Shown here: one piece after another, positions 1 through 10,484 of the stretch | Layout of the letters: each line of letters begins with the position of its first letter | Numbering within the stretch: the stretch's first letter is position 1 | Assembly (NCBI RefSeq): GCF_001194135.2 | Contig: NC_068987.1 | Location: 40,471,801-40,535,800, forward strand | Length of the DNA stretch: 64,000 nucleotides | DNA from: Octopus bimaculoides | Taxonomy: Eukaryota | Direction of reading: 5' to 3' | Notes under the pieces: model-generated | Seen by the model: only the letters and a program-made list of their open reading frames with translations | The model's database searches: none | Told to the model about the DNA's origin: nothing | Translations under genes and position numbers: made by a program

Positions 1-299
1 AATGGTTTACTTTTCAATGAAATATCATTTTGTTATTTTTCATGTTTTTATTCAAGTTATCTGCAATTTTCTTCTTGTATTAGATGGATAACCCACCGTC
101 CATTTACAGCAAGTAGTGAGCGTCTCGTTTTTTCTTTTACCTGTGTGCTAAATTCGACTACTTACGACTAACGCGTGTGCATGCGCAAATTTGTGACATG
201 CACACTCCCAGAACTTGGATCCACACTTCTCCAGTAGTGCCAAATTTTGGAGTTTGCACCCCCTAAGCAAATTTTGTTCCCGGGCCACTGGTAGTGAAA

Positions 300-1200
300 A
301 CACTTTTGAGTAGTTCTTTCAGTATTTCACATATACTCATTGGATTTCCAGTGAGGGAGCCATCCTTTTGGAAGAGGAGCCTAATCTTGAAGTGTGCTGA
401 GGCTGTTTATTTGGCAAAGTTAAAGAAAGCTTTAGGGTTTGACTTAATGTTCTTTCTATAACCCAGGCATCTCTGCTCTCTCTTTTTCATGGAACTGTTG
501 CAGACTTTTCTCAATCTCCATCAATGTTATTTTCAGGTAAGGCATTTCACTGCTTTTGAAATGTTTGTTCAGACAGTTTGCAATCTTTGTTATCTCAAGA
601 ATTTTTCTCTCCCTGGGTATCTCATCCTTGTGTGTGTTAGCCTTCTGTTCTGGGACAGATTTATTGCATATAGCTTGCATTACAGATATGAAATGTTTAA
701 GTTTTATGTCAATGCCTGTTGTGGAGAGACATTTAGGCCAATCCTGTTTGAGGATCTCTTTATCAATCAATTTCCAGTTTGCTTTATGAAAGTTCAAACT
801 GGAGAGATTTCAGGTACTTTGCAAAGGCTGTATGTCTACAGTTCTTTTTGGTCCATACATAGTCAGCTCTATTATATTGTGATCCAAGAGTAGTGTCAGT
901 GTCACTTTCACAACATGGATGATATCCATATTGATTGTGAAGCAGAGAACCAATATATTATTTGCCCCTGTTGGTTGAAGCACAATTTACTCCATGAATG
1001 AAGCATTGGTAAGGTTGAGTAGGGACTCTAACAGTGCTAGTTGGCAGTGTGTCATTCCTGAGAGCACGCAGCCCTTGGACCATCCCACAATGGGGAAGTT
1101 GAAGTCACCTACAAGAAATACACTCATGTGTTGTTCTAGTTTAGTGAGAATGTCTATTTTTGTGAGGCAGGGTGATATGTAGTACATATAACAATATCAA
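300..1200 (-). mobile_element. Decayed CR1/L2/Jockey-group LINE fragment (APE endonuclease C-terminal region and linker)
   Basis: ORF 987-1187 has LVGDFNFPIVGW (APE GDFN motif). ORF 456-797 has NFHKANWKLI..DW, typical of the post-endonuclease linker. Frames are broken. Confidence 0.6.
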
Positions 1201-1209
1201 GTTGTCTTA

Positions 1210-1774
1210 CAAGGTCTGATCAATAAGTATCCGAATTGTTGCCATAGTAACGATGCTAAGGCATGCAGAGTGAAGTTGCTTGGCCTCTACTGTGCATGTG
1301 AACTAAGTTTTAATATTCAAGCTCATCTCCGCTGTTTAAAGCAGTGCTTCAAAGTAACATGTGTAATGTGTGATTGTCACATTGACCATGACAGAAAGTT
1401 GTCATGGTGATCCCTGCTGAGAGGCCTATGCAGAGTTGCAGAAAGTGTATGGAGAGGAGTGTATGAGCTGCACACAACTGTACGAGTGGTTCTGATGTTT
1501 TTGCATAGGCCTCTTAGCAGGTATCACCAAGCTTTTAGCAAAATTTCATGCAGATTCTCTGCTCAATTTTCTCTGTCATGGTCAATGCAATGAACACATG
1601 CTATATTTGTTATTTCCAAACACTGATGTAAACAGTGGAAGTGAGCTAGAATGTTAAAACTTAGTGTGCATGCACAGCAGAGTTCAAGGTCAATCTGTGC
1701 GGAAGCAGCTTTACTCTGCGTGCTTTAGCTTTGTTATTATGGCAACAGTTTGAACACTTATTGATCAGATCACA
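1210..1774. mobile_element. Mariner-derived MITE built from two inward-facing transposon 5' ends
   Basis: TA at 1208-1209 and 1775-1776. Termini CAAGGTCTGATCAATAAGT / ACTTATTGATCAGATCACA. Left arm encodes LQKVYGEECMSCTQLYEWF (+) and right arm MTEKIEQRICMKFC (-), both mariner N-terminal HTH segments. Confidence 0.8.
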
Positions 1775-2184
1775 TATGTATATAATTTGAGTGTTACATT
1801 GAATTTCAAAATGACAGCAGGATCTAGGGTGTGAGGTCTTCCCAGATGTATACTGTAACTTCACCATGGATCTTTTCTCTGCTGTCCATACACAATACAC
1901 GAAGTGTGTGTACACACACACACTTCTATTGAATATTGGAGGTCTGTTGCACCTAAACAACAAAACAAAAATCTCTTTAGAGACCTTGCTGCATATAATC
2001 AATTACCTTTCTGTGTATTGTGTATGGACAGCAGAGAAAAGATCCATGGTGGAGTTACAGTATACATCTGGGAAGACCTCACACCCTAGATCCTGCTGTC
2101 ATTTTGAAATTCAATGTAACACTCAAATTATATACATATGTGATCTGATCAATAAGTGTTCAAACTGTTGCCATAGTAACAAAG
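1729..2184. repeat. Near-perfect inverted repeat, 172-bp arms (1729-1900 / 2013-2184), 112-bp spacer
   Basis: The arms are reverse complements with only a few mismatches by direct reading. Confidence 0.9.
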
Positions 2185-2253
2185 TGTGTATGTGAGCGCA
2201 CACACGCAGTAATTCTCCAACTGTTTATTTTACTGGTGCAAATCTAGCTACAT

Positions 2254-2485
2254 AGTAAGTTTGCTTCCAAACCACATGGTTCTAAATTCAGTCCCATAGC
2301 ATAGCACCTTCAGCAAGTGTCTTCTACTACAGCCTAGTAAGTGAATTTGATAGACAGGAACACTAAGAAGCTTGTTAGTCCCACTGTGTGGCACTTTGGG
2401 CAAGTGTCTTCTACTATAGCCTTGGGCCAACCAAAGCCTTGTGAGTGGATTTGGCAGATGGACACTGAAAGAAGCCCATTGTATA

Positions 2486-2490
<5 letters not shown>
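2254..2490 (+). mobile_element. tRNA-derived SINE head/core, partly duplicated, followed by (TG)n
   Basis: GGGCAAGTGTCTTCTACTATAGCC...GTGAGTGGATTTGG is the reverse complement of the SINE at 58591-59023. Confidence 0.7.
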
Positions 2491-2516
<26 letters not shown>

Positions 2517-2534
2517 CAGTGTTTGCCCCCCCCC

Positions 2535-3114
2535 NNNNNNNNNNNNNNNNNNNNNNNNNNNNNNNNNNNNNNNNNNNNNNNNNNNNNNNNNNNNNNNNNN
2601 NNNNNNNNNNNNNNNNNNNNNNNNNNNNNNNNNNNNNNNNNNNNNNNNNNNNNNNNNNNNNNNNNNNNNNNNNNNNNNNNNNNNNNNNNNNNNNNNNNNN
2701 NNNNNNNNNNNNNNNNNNNNNNNNNNNNNNNNNNNNNNNNNNNNNNNNNNNNNNNNNNNNNNNNNNNNNNNNNNNNNNNNNNNNNNNNNNNNNNNNNNNN
2801 NNNNNNNNNNNNNNNNNNNNNNNNNNNNNNNNNNNNNNNNNNNNNNNNNNNNNNNNNNNNNNNNNNNNNNNNNNNNNNNNNNNNNNNNNNNNNNNNNNNN
2901 NNNNNNNNNNNNNNNNNNNNNNNNNNNNNNNNNNNNNNNNNNNNNNNNNNNNNNNNNNNNNNNNNNNNNNNNNNNNNNNNNNNNNNNNNNNNNNNNNNNN
3001 NNNNNNNNNNNNNNNNNNNNNNNNNNNNNNNNNNNNNNNNNNNNNNNNNNNNNNNNNNNNNNNNNNNNNNNNNNNNNNNNNNNNNNNNNNNNNNNNNNNN
3101 NNNNNNNNNNNNNN
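2535..3114. other. Assembly gap (N). Other gaps: 9863-10081, 17881-18609, 41049-41058, 62840-62939
   Basis: Runs of N. Confidence 1.
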
Positions 3115-3120
3115 TATATA

Positions 3121-3154
<34 letters not shown>

Positions 3155-3157
3155 GAT

Positions 3158-3207
<50 letters not shown>

Positions 3208-3229
3208 TACAAAAGTGACAGAGGGTCCT

Positions 3230-3732
3230 AGCACCATTTATGCTAAAATAAGAGTTAAATTAACACTAAAGCCACTAAAGCACTCTAATTTAATGATTGA
3301 TAAAGGGAGGTGGGTCCCTAGCATACAAAGTCGTATCACAATTTCAAATTTTGGCATTAATACCTTAATTCTCCTCAGCAGCTTTTAACGCCAAGGGTTA
3401 AACTCAACTTCCTCTGTCAATCATATAAGAAAAACCGTTTAAATCACAAGCTAATTTTCTAAATGGTGTAAGTGTAAACAACTAATTAAAAGTGATGGAG
3501 GGTACTGGCCAGCACCATTTATACTAAAATAAGAGTTAAATTAACTCTAAAGCCACTAAAGCACTCTAATTTAATGATTGAAAAAAGGAGGTAAGTCCCT
3601 AGCATACAAAGCCGCATCATGATTTTGAATTTTGGTGTTGACACCTTAGTTCTCATCAGCAGCCTTTAACGCCTAGGGTTAAACTCAGCTTCCTCTGTCA
3701 ATCATATAAGAAAAAACATTTAAATCATATGC
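3230..3732. repeat. Tandem direct repeat, period 281 bp (about 1.8 copies)
   Basis: AGCACCATTTAT.CTAAAATAAGAGTTAAATTAAC at 3230 and 3511. The second copy is cut where the RTE begins. Confidence 0.85.
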
Positions 3733-5652
3733 TGAGGGAAAAGCACCACTGATGCTATATTTCTGGTAAGACAGCTGCAGGAGAAATACCTAGCCAAGGA
3801 TAAACCTCTGTACCTGGCTTTCGTTGACATGGAGAAAGCCTTTGACAGGGTCCCCCGATCCCTTATCTGGTGATCAATGAGGAAACTAGGAATAGAAGAA
3901 TGGTTAGTGAGAGCTGTGCGAGCCATGTACAGAGACACTGTCAGTAAGGTGAGGGTTGGCAATGAGTATAGTGAAGAATTCCACGTAGAGGTAGGGATCC
4001 ACCAAGGTCCTGTCCTTGGCGATAACAGAGGAATTCAAGACAGGATGCCTCTGGGAGCTCCTCTATGCTGACGACCTTGCACTAATCGCTGAGTCACTAT
4101 CAGAACTAGAGGAGAAGTTTCAGGTGTGGAAGCAGGGACTAGAATCGAAGGGCCTTAGAGTCAACCTAGCTAAAACCAAAGTCCTAATAAGTAGAAAGGT
4201 AGAGAAAACACAAACCCCTTCAGGTAGATGGCCCTGTTCGATTTGTAGAAAAGGTGTAGGTAGAAACTCTATAAGATGTAGCCAGTGGAAGCTATGGACA
4301 CATAAGAGGTGCAGCAATATCAAAGGCAGGTTAACTAGGAAGTTAGTTTTTGTATGTGGCAGATGTTCAGGAGTAATAAACACTGTAAATATGCAGAAAA
4401 CAACTTCTGTCTCATTCCCGGGAGAAAAACTAGATGAAATTGATAGCTTCCGCTATCTGGGTGACCAAGTTAGTAGTGGATGTGGGTGCGTTAAAAGTGT
4501 AGCTGCTAGAATAAGAATAGCCTGGCAAAGTTCAGAGAGCTCTTACCACTGCTGGCGACAAAGGGCCTCTCACTCAGAGTAAAAGGCAGACTGTATGACG
4601 CATGTGTACAAACAGCCATGCTACATAGCAGTGAAACATGGGCCGTGACTGCTGAGGACATGCGTAAGCTCACAAGAAATGAAGCCAGTATGCTCTGATG
4701 GATGAGTAATGTCAGAGTGCATACCCGACAGAGCGTAAGTATCTTGAGAGAAAAGTTGAACATAAGAAGCATCAGTTGTGGTGTGCAAGAGAGACGATTG
4801 CGCTGATATGAACATGTGGTGAGAATGGATGAGGATAGCTGCGTGAAAAAGTGCCACACTCTAGCGGTTGAGGGAACCCGTGGAAGAGGCAGGCCTAGGA
4901 AGACCTGGGATGAGGTGGTGAAGCATGACCTCCGAACATTAGGCCTCACCGAGGCAATGACTTGTGACCGTGACCTTTGGAAATATGCTGTGCGTGAGAA
5001 GACCTGGCAGGACAAGTGAGACCAAAATCCAAGGCCTGTCAGGGATGTAGCCAGCCCACTTACGCGTAACATTCCTTTATTGGACACTAAACATGGTGAG
5101 GCAAGTGAAATCGAAATCGAACTATATTGTAGGAACACTAAACTCGGCTTGCGAAGACCTGTTGAGGCAAGCGAAAGCGAAATCATAATGGCACCTGTAC
5201 CAGTGGAGCACTAAGAGCACCGTCCGAGCGTGATCGTTGCCAGAGCAGCTGTCTGGCTTCCATGCCGGTGGCACATAAATAGCACCAGCATGATCGTTAC
5301 CAACGTTGCCTTCCTGGCACTTGTATCAGTGGCACGTGAAAAGACATTCGAGCGAGATCATTGCCAGTGCCGATGGACTGGCTCCTGTGCAGGTGGCATG
5401 TAAAATACACCATTTCGAGCATTGCCAGTACCCGCCTGACTGGCCCTTGTGCCGGTAGCACGTAGAAGTACCCACTACACTCTCAGAGTGGTTGGCGTTA
5501 GGAAGGGCATCCAGCTGTAGAAACTCTGCCAAATAAGATTGGAGCCTGGGGTAGCCATCTGGTTCACCAGTCCTCAGTCAAATCGTCTAACCCATGCTAG
5601 CATGGAAAGCGGACGTTAAACGACGACGATGATGATGATGATGATGATGATG
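3733..5652 (+). mobile_element. 5'-truncated RTE-clade LINE (RT, Cys-rich insert, C-terminus, 3' UTR, (GAT)n tail)
   Basis: LYLAFVDMEKAFDRVP, VGIHQG, WELLYADDL, GLRVNLAKTKV, FRYLG, GRGRPRKTW. Ends GGACGTTAAACGACGACGAT(GAT)n. Confidence 0.93.
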
Positions 5653-5673
5653 TAAATGAAAACAACTAATTTT

Positions 5674-6182
5674 AAACTCATCACAAAATCAAAATCAAAA
5701 TGGTAAAAAGAGAACATTTCATTGTTCATTTATATGAATCAGATGCTTATTTGCTTTGTTTAGAAGAGGAGAATATTGTTTTTGTTTTATAGAAAAAGTG
5801 GGAGAGAGAGAGAATGGAAAGCAAGGTTGGAGGGAAACAGATATTATTTTTTTATATTCTGACTTTATTTTCCTAATTTATGAATATTGTACTAATATTT
5901 AATGTTCGTTCATGCAAAACATGGAATTACACAGAATATGGTACTTGACTATACAAGTCTAAAGGAATATACATTTTCATAGAACTCTGAACTTTGAACT
6001 GTTTTTTATTTTTCTGTGATGACTGCAACTGTCCCACTTTTCTCATTTTTTCCATCCTACTTCCTAAAATTGACATCTTTGAAAGGTTATCAGCCCTTGT
6101 GAGAAAACATTTACAAATATGTTGATAGGTATACAATGGACAGAAAAGAAAGAAAGAAACTATATACCTGTTTGTCAGTCTG

Positions 6183-6216
<34 letters not shown>

Positions 6217-6458
6217 CTTTCCCCATACCTTATTATTTTTTTCTCCTCTTTCTTGATCGTTCTGAAACCTCTCTGTCTCTTTATGTATCCTCCCCTTTGC
6301 TTTTCTTTCTCTCTCTCTCCTCCTTTTTTCAAAAAAAAAACAAAACAAAACAATATTCTCCACTTCTAAACAAAGCAAAAGTGCATCCGATTCATATAAA
6401 TGGACAATGAAACATTCTGTTTTTACCATTTTGATTTTGATTTTGTCTTGATGAGTTT
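5674..6458. repeat. Fold-back element with ~140-bp inverted arms (5674-5812 / 6308-6458)
   Basis: AAACTCATCA..CAAAATCAAAATCAAAATGGTAAAA..TTATATGAATC recurs as a reverse complement. Confidence 0.75.
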
Positions 6459-7560
6459 GAAAAACGAATGACAGCACTAATAAAGAATTATCCATAATTC
6501 TGACTACCTACTTTTTCTCAATATTTATATGTGTGTGTATGTACATATGTATGTATACATGTATCTATATATACATATATTTAGATATATACACACACAC
6601 ACACACACAACACACGTCTTGTATGAGGATTTTATGTGTCATACAAAATTGAAGTGTTAGGTGGAATAGAGGTGACACTGAAAAATGTAGCTGTGTTACT
6701 ATACACTTGCGACTATAAGTGCAAAGATGAGTATCGATCAGACAGGCACTGACTAGTTTGTCCAATGCACAGGGAGAGGCAAAGAGAGCAGAGGAATCAG
6801 TATAACAAATTACTAGAGGTACAAGTGAAAGAGTTGGCTATGTGGAAGGAGTGATTGTGGGTACCAGTAAAAATGATGGTGTTTGGGAGGAAGGGAGAGG
6901 TGATAGCAGAGGAAGGAACCAGGTCAAGTGCTGAGAGTGGGGAAAAAGCAACTGACTAGTAGGTCACTTAGGTTCCATGTACATTTGATAAAAGTGTGGT
7001 AGGAGTTGGTAGAAACCACATAAAGTAGGGGATTGGATGGATAGAGTGAAGGATAGTGAGAAGTGGAGGTGAGTAAGTGTGGAACAGAGGCAGGGAGAGA
7101 AGGCAGATGCATGGTCAATAGACTGAGTACAGGCGAGGCTGCTTGAATAAAAGTATTGGGGGTAATCCTGTTGGGTAAGTGCTAAAACATGAGTTGGGGT
7201 TATGTCTCGAAGTGATGGCTGTCATTACAGACCTGATGAGTATGGAAGAATTGAGAGTGGGGGATGGGTAGTTTAGTGTGGGTAGGATGGGAGGAGGAAA
7301 GTCGATGTAGGAGTGGGAGTCTGTAGGCATGTAGTGGATGGAGATGGTAACAGAAATGTTGAGAAAATTAACAGAACAGAAGAGTTCAAGAGCATGGTGG
7401 ACAAACTGAACAAAAGACAGGAAGGAGTTGAGTTGTTTGCAAGAGGGTGCAGTCGAACTGATATAGTTGTCAATATACTGACTTTACACCTTAGAAATGA
7501 GACTGTAAACCGAGAGAATATTTTTGCCTCAACATAGCTAATGAATAGGTTCACATAGCC

Positions 7561-10484
7561 CAGTGTTTCCCAAACTTTTCACACCAAATTGCAATATCAC
7601 CCACCTATTGGCCAAAAAAAAGGTCCATCACCCACTCATGTAAAAAAACCCTGACACAACACACAACACAAAATCCCATAAGACCCTCCCACCATATCAT
7701 TTGACACACACACTATATCATAGACTTGTTGCCCTGTTAGTGTCGTTTGGACTAAATATGAGGTTGTTTACAAATCCTTTATTGTGGGTTTAGTTTTGCC
7801 ATTAGTGTAAATAAAATTCTAACATTAATTCTAAATTATGCAGAAAAATTAATTTCTAGAAACTTGTGCTTTCTTTTACACTGATTTTCATTTTCCCCAA
7901 ATGAACCATTGATCAGAACTACCGATGCAAAAATAATTAATGATTGTATTATAAAGGAAAAGAATAAAACTTTTTAATGAGAACCATGTGTCTGGTGCGA
8001 TACATTCGGTTTCAAACTTATCAACTTTAGCCGCAACTTTCCTCATTGTATCACACCCAGTCCAATTCTTTTACGGGAAAATAAAGTTCCAACATTGGTA
8101 AAACCAGATTCAACCAAGTATGAGGTAGGGAAGGCAAGCAAAATAAATTTCAGATGTTGCCACAGATTTAGGGAATTCAATATACTCTGATGGTACCACA
8201 AACCTTCTTTGCCATTCAGGCGATATCACATTATGGCGTCATTGTCATTTTATAATTCTATCAATTATTCCTGAACATCATCCTCGCAATAGACTGCATT
8301 GATCTCAAATGGATTGCTATACCAATTTGGAATATTCAGCAGAATAACATCTTGAAATTGCTCCACCATGTTATCGTGCAATGATTGTAAATAGCTGTGA
8401 TATGTAGTTAAATCCTCATCAATCAATTCACCTTTCAAAGAATCAAGTTGTGGAAACTGATGGAATTGATGTTTTGAAATGTTAGTCTTAAACAACACCA
8501 ATTTCAAAATGAAGGTAGTGATAAATGATTAACAATCAACAAGAGTTTTTCTGTTTCCTTGCAATAACTTATTCAAATAATTTAATTTTGTGGATATATC
8601 ACAAAGAAAAAAGACATTGCACCTTGCAGCCACCAATGAAGCGGATAGTGGAGTATTTTCAAAGAAATAGATTTATAAAACAGTTCAACAAAGCGTAAAA
8701 CACAGTTTCCTTTTGACAGCCACTGCCTTTCGGTAAGGTATAAGAGTTTAGTATGGTCCTCATCATTTCTCAGACAGAGTTGACAGAAAATTCGATCAGA
8801 CAAGGAACTGGACTTCAATTTGTTCACAGTCTTGATAACTAACTGTAGTGCATCATTCAATCTACTGTACATATTTTTTGCCACTAAATGCTGCTGGTGT
8901 ACCAAGTAATGAACAATTAGTATCTGGTGGGAAATTTCACGCTTTAGGAGAGATGAAAAACCTCTGTATCTTCCTGTCATCAAAGGGGCTCCATCAAATG
9001 CACAGGCAAGAATATTATTGAGTGGGATATTATGTTCAAAAAGAAATGACTTGTGAGCATGAAAAATAGTTGCACCTCTTGAAATTTCTCTGTGAACAGC
9101 ATTTCCTCACAAAGTTGAAGGTCTTCGCTGAAATACCGAACATATACCATCATCAAACATTGATTGTCCACAACAGTTGACTCATCCACTTGTATAGAAA
9201 ATTTAGAACACTGAGGATTATTAATGAGCTGATGTTTGACATTGTTGGCCATTTCATTGATGTGTTGAGAAATTGTGTTATTACTAAGTGGGATCTTCTT
9301 CATAATGTTTCTCCAATTGTGTGAGACTTCCCAGACTTAGCAACAAGCAATACAATGTTGTACGATGCAATCAACCAGTCATTCTCCTGTTTACTAGTTT
9401 CCTAGAGTAGCATGTTGAATGTTTGTATTTGTTTTTTGAAAGAGGAGCTTAGTTGCAAAAAGTATGATAATGGCTTGTTCTCAAGCGTGAAGGTTTCATT
9501 GCTTCGTTGGTCAGTGTTTGATAGCAAACAAGGCACATTGGTAACTGAGAGTTCTGAAGAGAGGGAACGAATCCAAACGATAAATAATCATTACTGTACT
9601 GTCGACAAATTTTCTTGACTGAAGGCATCAGTAAAGGGAAAATGGGAAAATGAATTTCTATAGATGGCATCAGTATAGCATTCCCAAAGAGAAGAAGTCA
9701 ATAGAGCAGAGTCAGATGACACGTCTTTACTGGAGCAAATATGGATCTAGTTCGTTTGGCTGCCAGCATTTCAAAAATTAAAGTTTATTGAAAATTTTAG
9801 AATTTGGCACATTAATGTACCTTTCCAAGCTAAATTGCTGGAGTTATTCAACTTTTTCTGGANNNNNNNNNNNNNNNNNNNNNNNNNNNNNNNNNNNNNN
9901 NNNNNNNNNNNNNNNNNNNNNNNNNNNNNNNNNNNNNNNNNNNNNNNNNNNNNNNNNNNNNNNNNNNNNNNNNNNNNNNNNNNNNNNNNNNNNNNNNNNN
10001 NNNNNNNNNNNNNNNNNNNNNNNNNNNNNNNNNNNNNNNNNNNNNNNNNNNNNNNNNNNNNNNNNNNNNNNNNNNNNNNNNAGAAAATTTGTGCGAATTC
10101 GAGTTCTATACGCGGGAGTTCATACGATTATGCAAAAAAAAAAAAAAATTTGTAGTGGAGTGTGATTTAAAGCCAAGGCCTATTTGGCTGCTATTTGTAG
10201 CACGCATGACAACCATCTCAATGACTGCAACAAAAATATTCAATCGATAAACAAGTCCGCTTTTTTAATACAAAGTGATGTCTCATACGAGTAAAATCGA
10301 TAAAAGTGCATCCTTATTCTAGGCATGCCTAGATATCAGTAAATGCAGACTTAATTTCTAAAAATTCATTGTTACCCACAAAATGTTCATATTGCCCACC
10401 AAAATCTCAAATCACTCACCAGTTTTCTAGAAATTCACCCATCGCCCACCTGTAAGTTGAAATTGCCCACTTTGGGAAGCTATA
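7561..10484 (-). mobile_element. hAT (Charlie/Buster-type) DNA transposon, decayed
   Basis: Left end CAGTGTTTCCCAAA; right end TTTGGGAAGCTATA (partial TIR). 8-bp TSD ACATAGCC (7553-7560) / ACATAGCT (10485-10492). Subterminal (T/A)TCGCCCAC-like repeats at both ends. Confidence 0.88.
7980..9670 (-). pseudogene. Buster/ZBED8/SCAND3-like hAT transposase pseudogene
   Basis: YSNDYLSFGF..PMCLVC..LTNEAMKPSRL, IPLSNNTIS..INEMA, FSIQVDEST, WLSKGNCVLRF, FPTSYLVESGF. Several frameshifts and stops. Confidence 0.88.

Noticed and set aside
240-290. Possible hAT-like terminus (..CCCGGGCCACTG)
   Set aside because: Only one end is visible, with no partner TIR or TSD in the window.
2248-3237. Long ORFs (200-330 aa) here and at 9788-10165, 17720-18707 and 62808-63221
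   Set aside because: They are open only because they run through N gaps and dinucleotide repeats.
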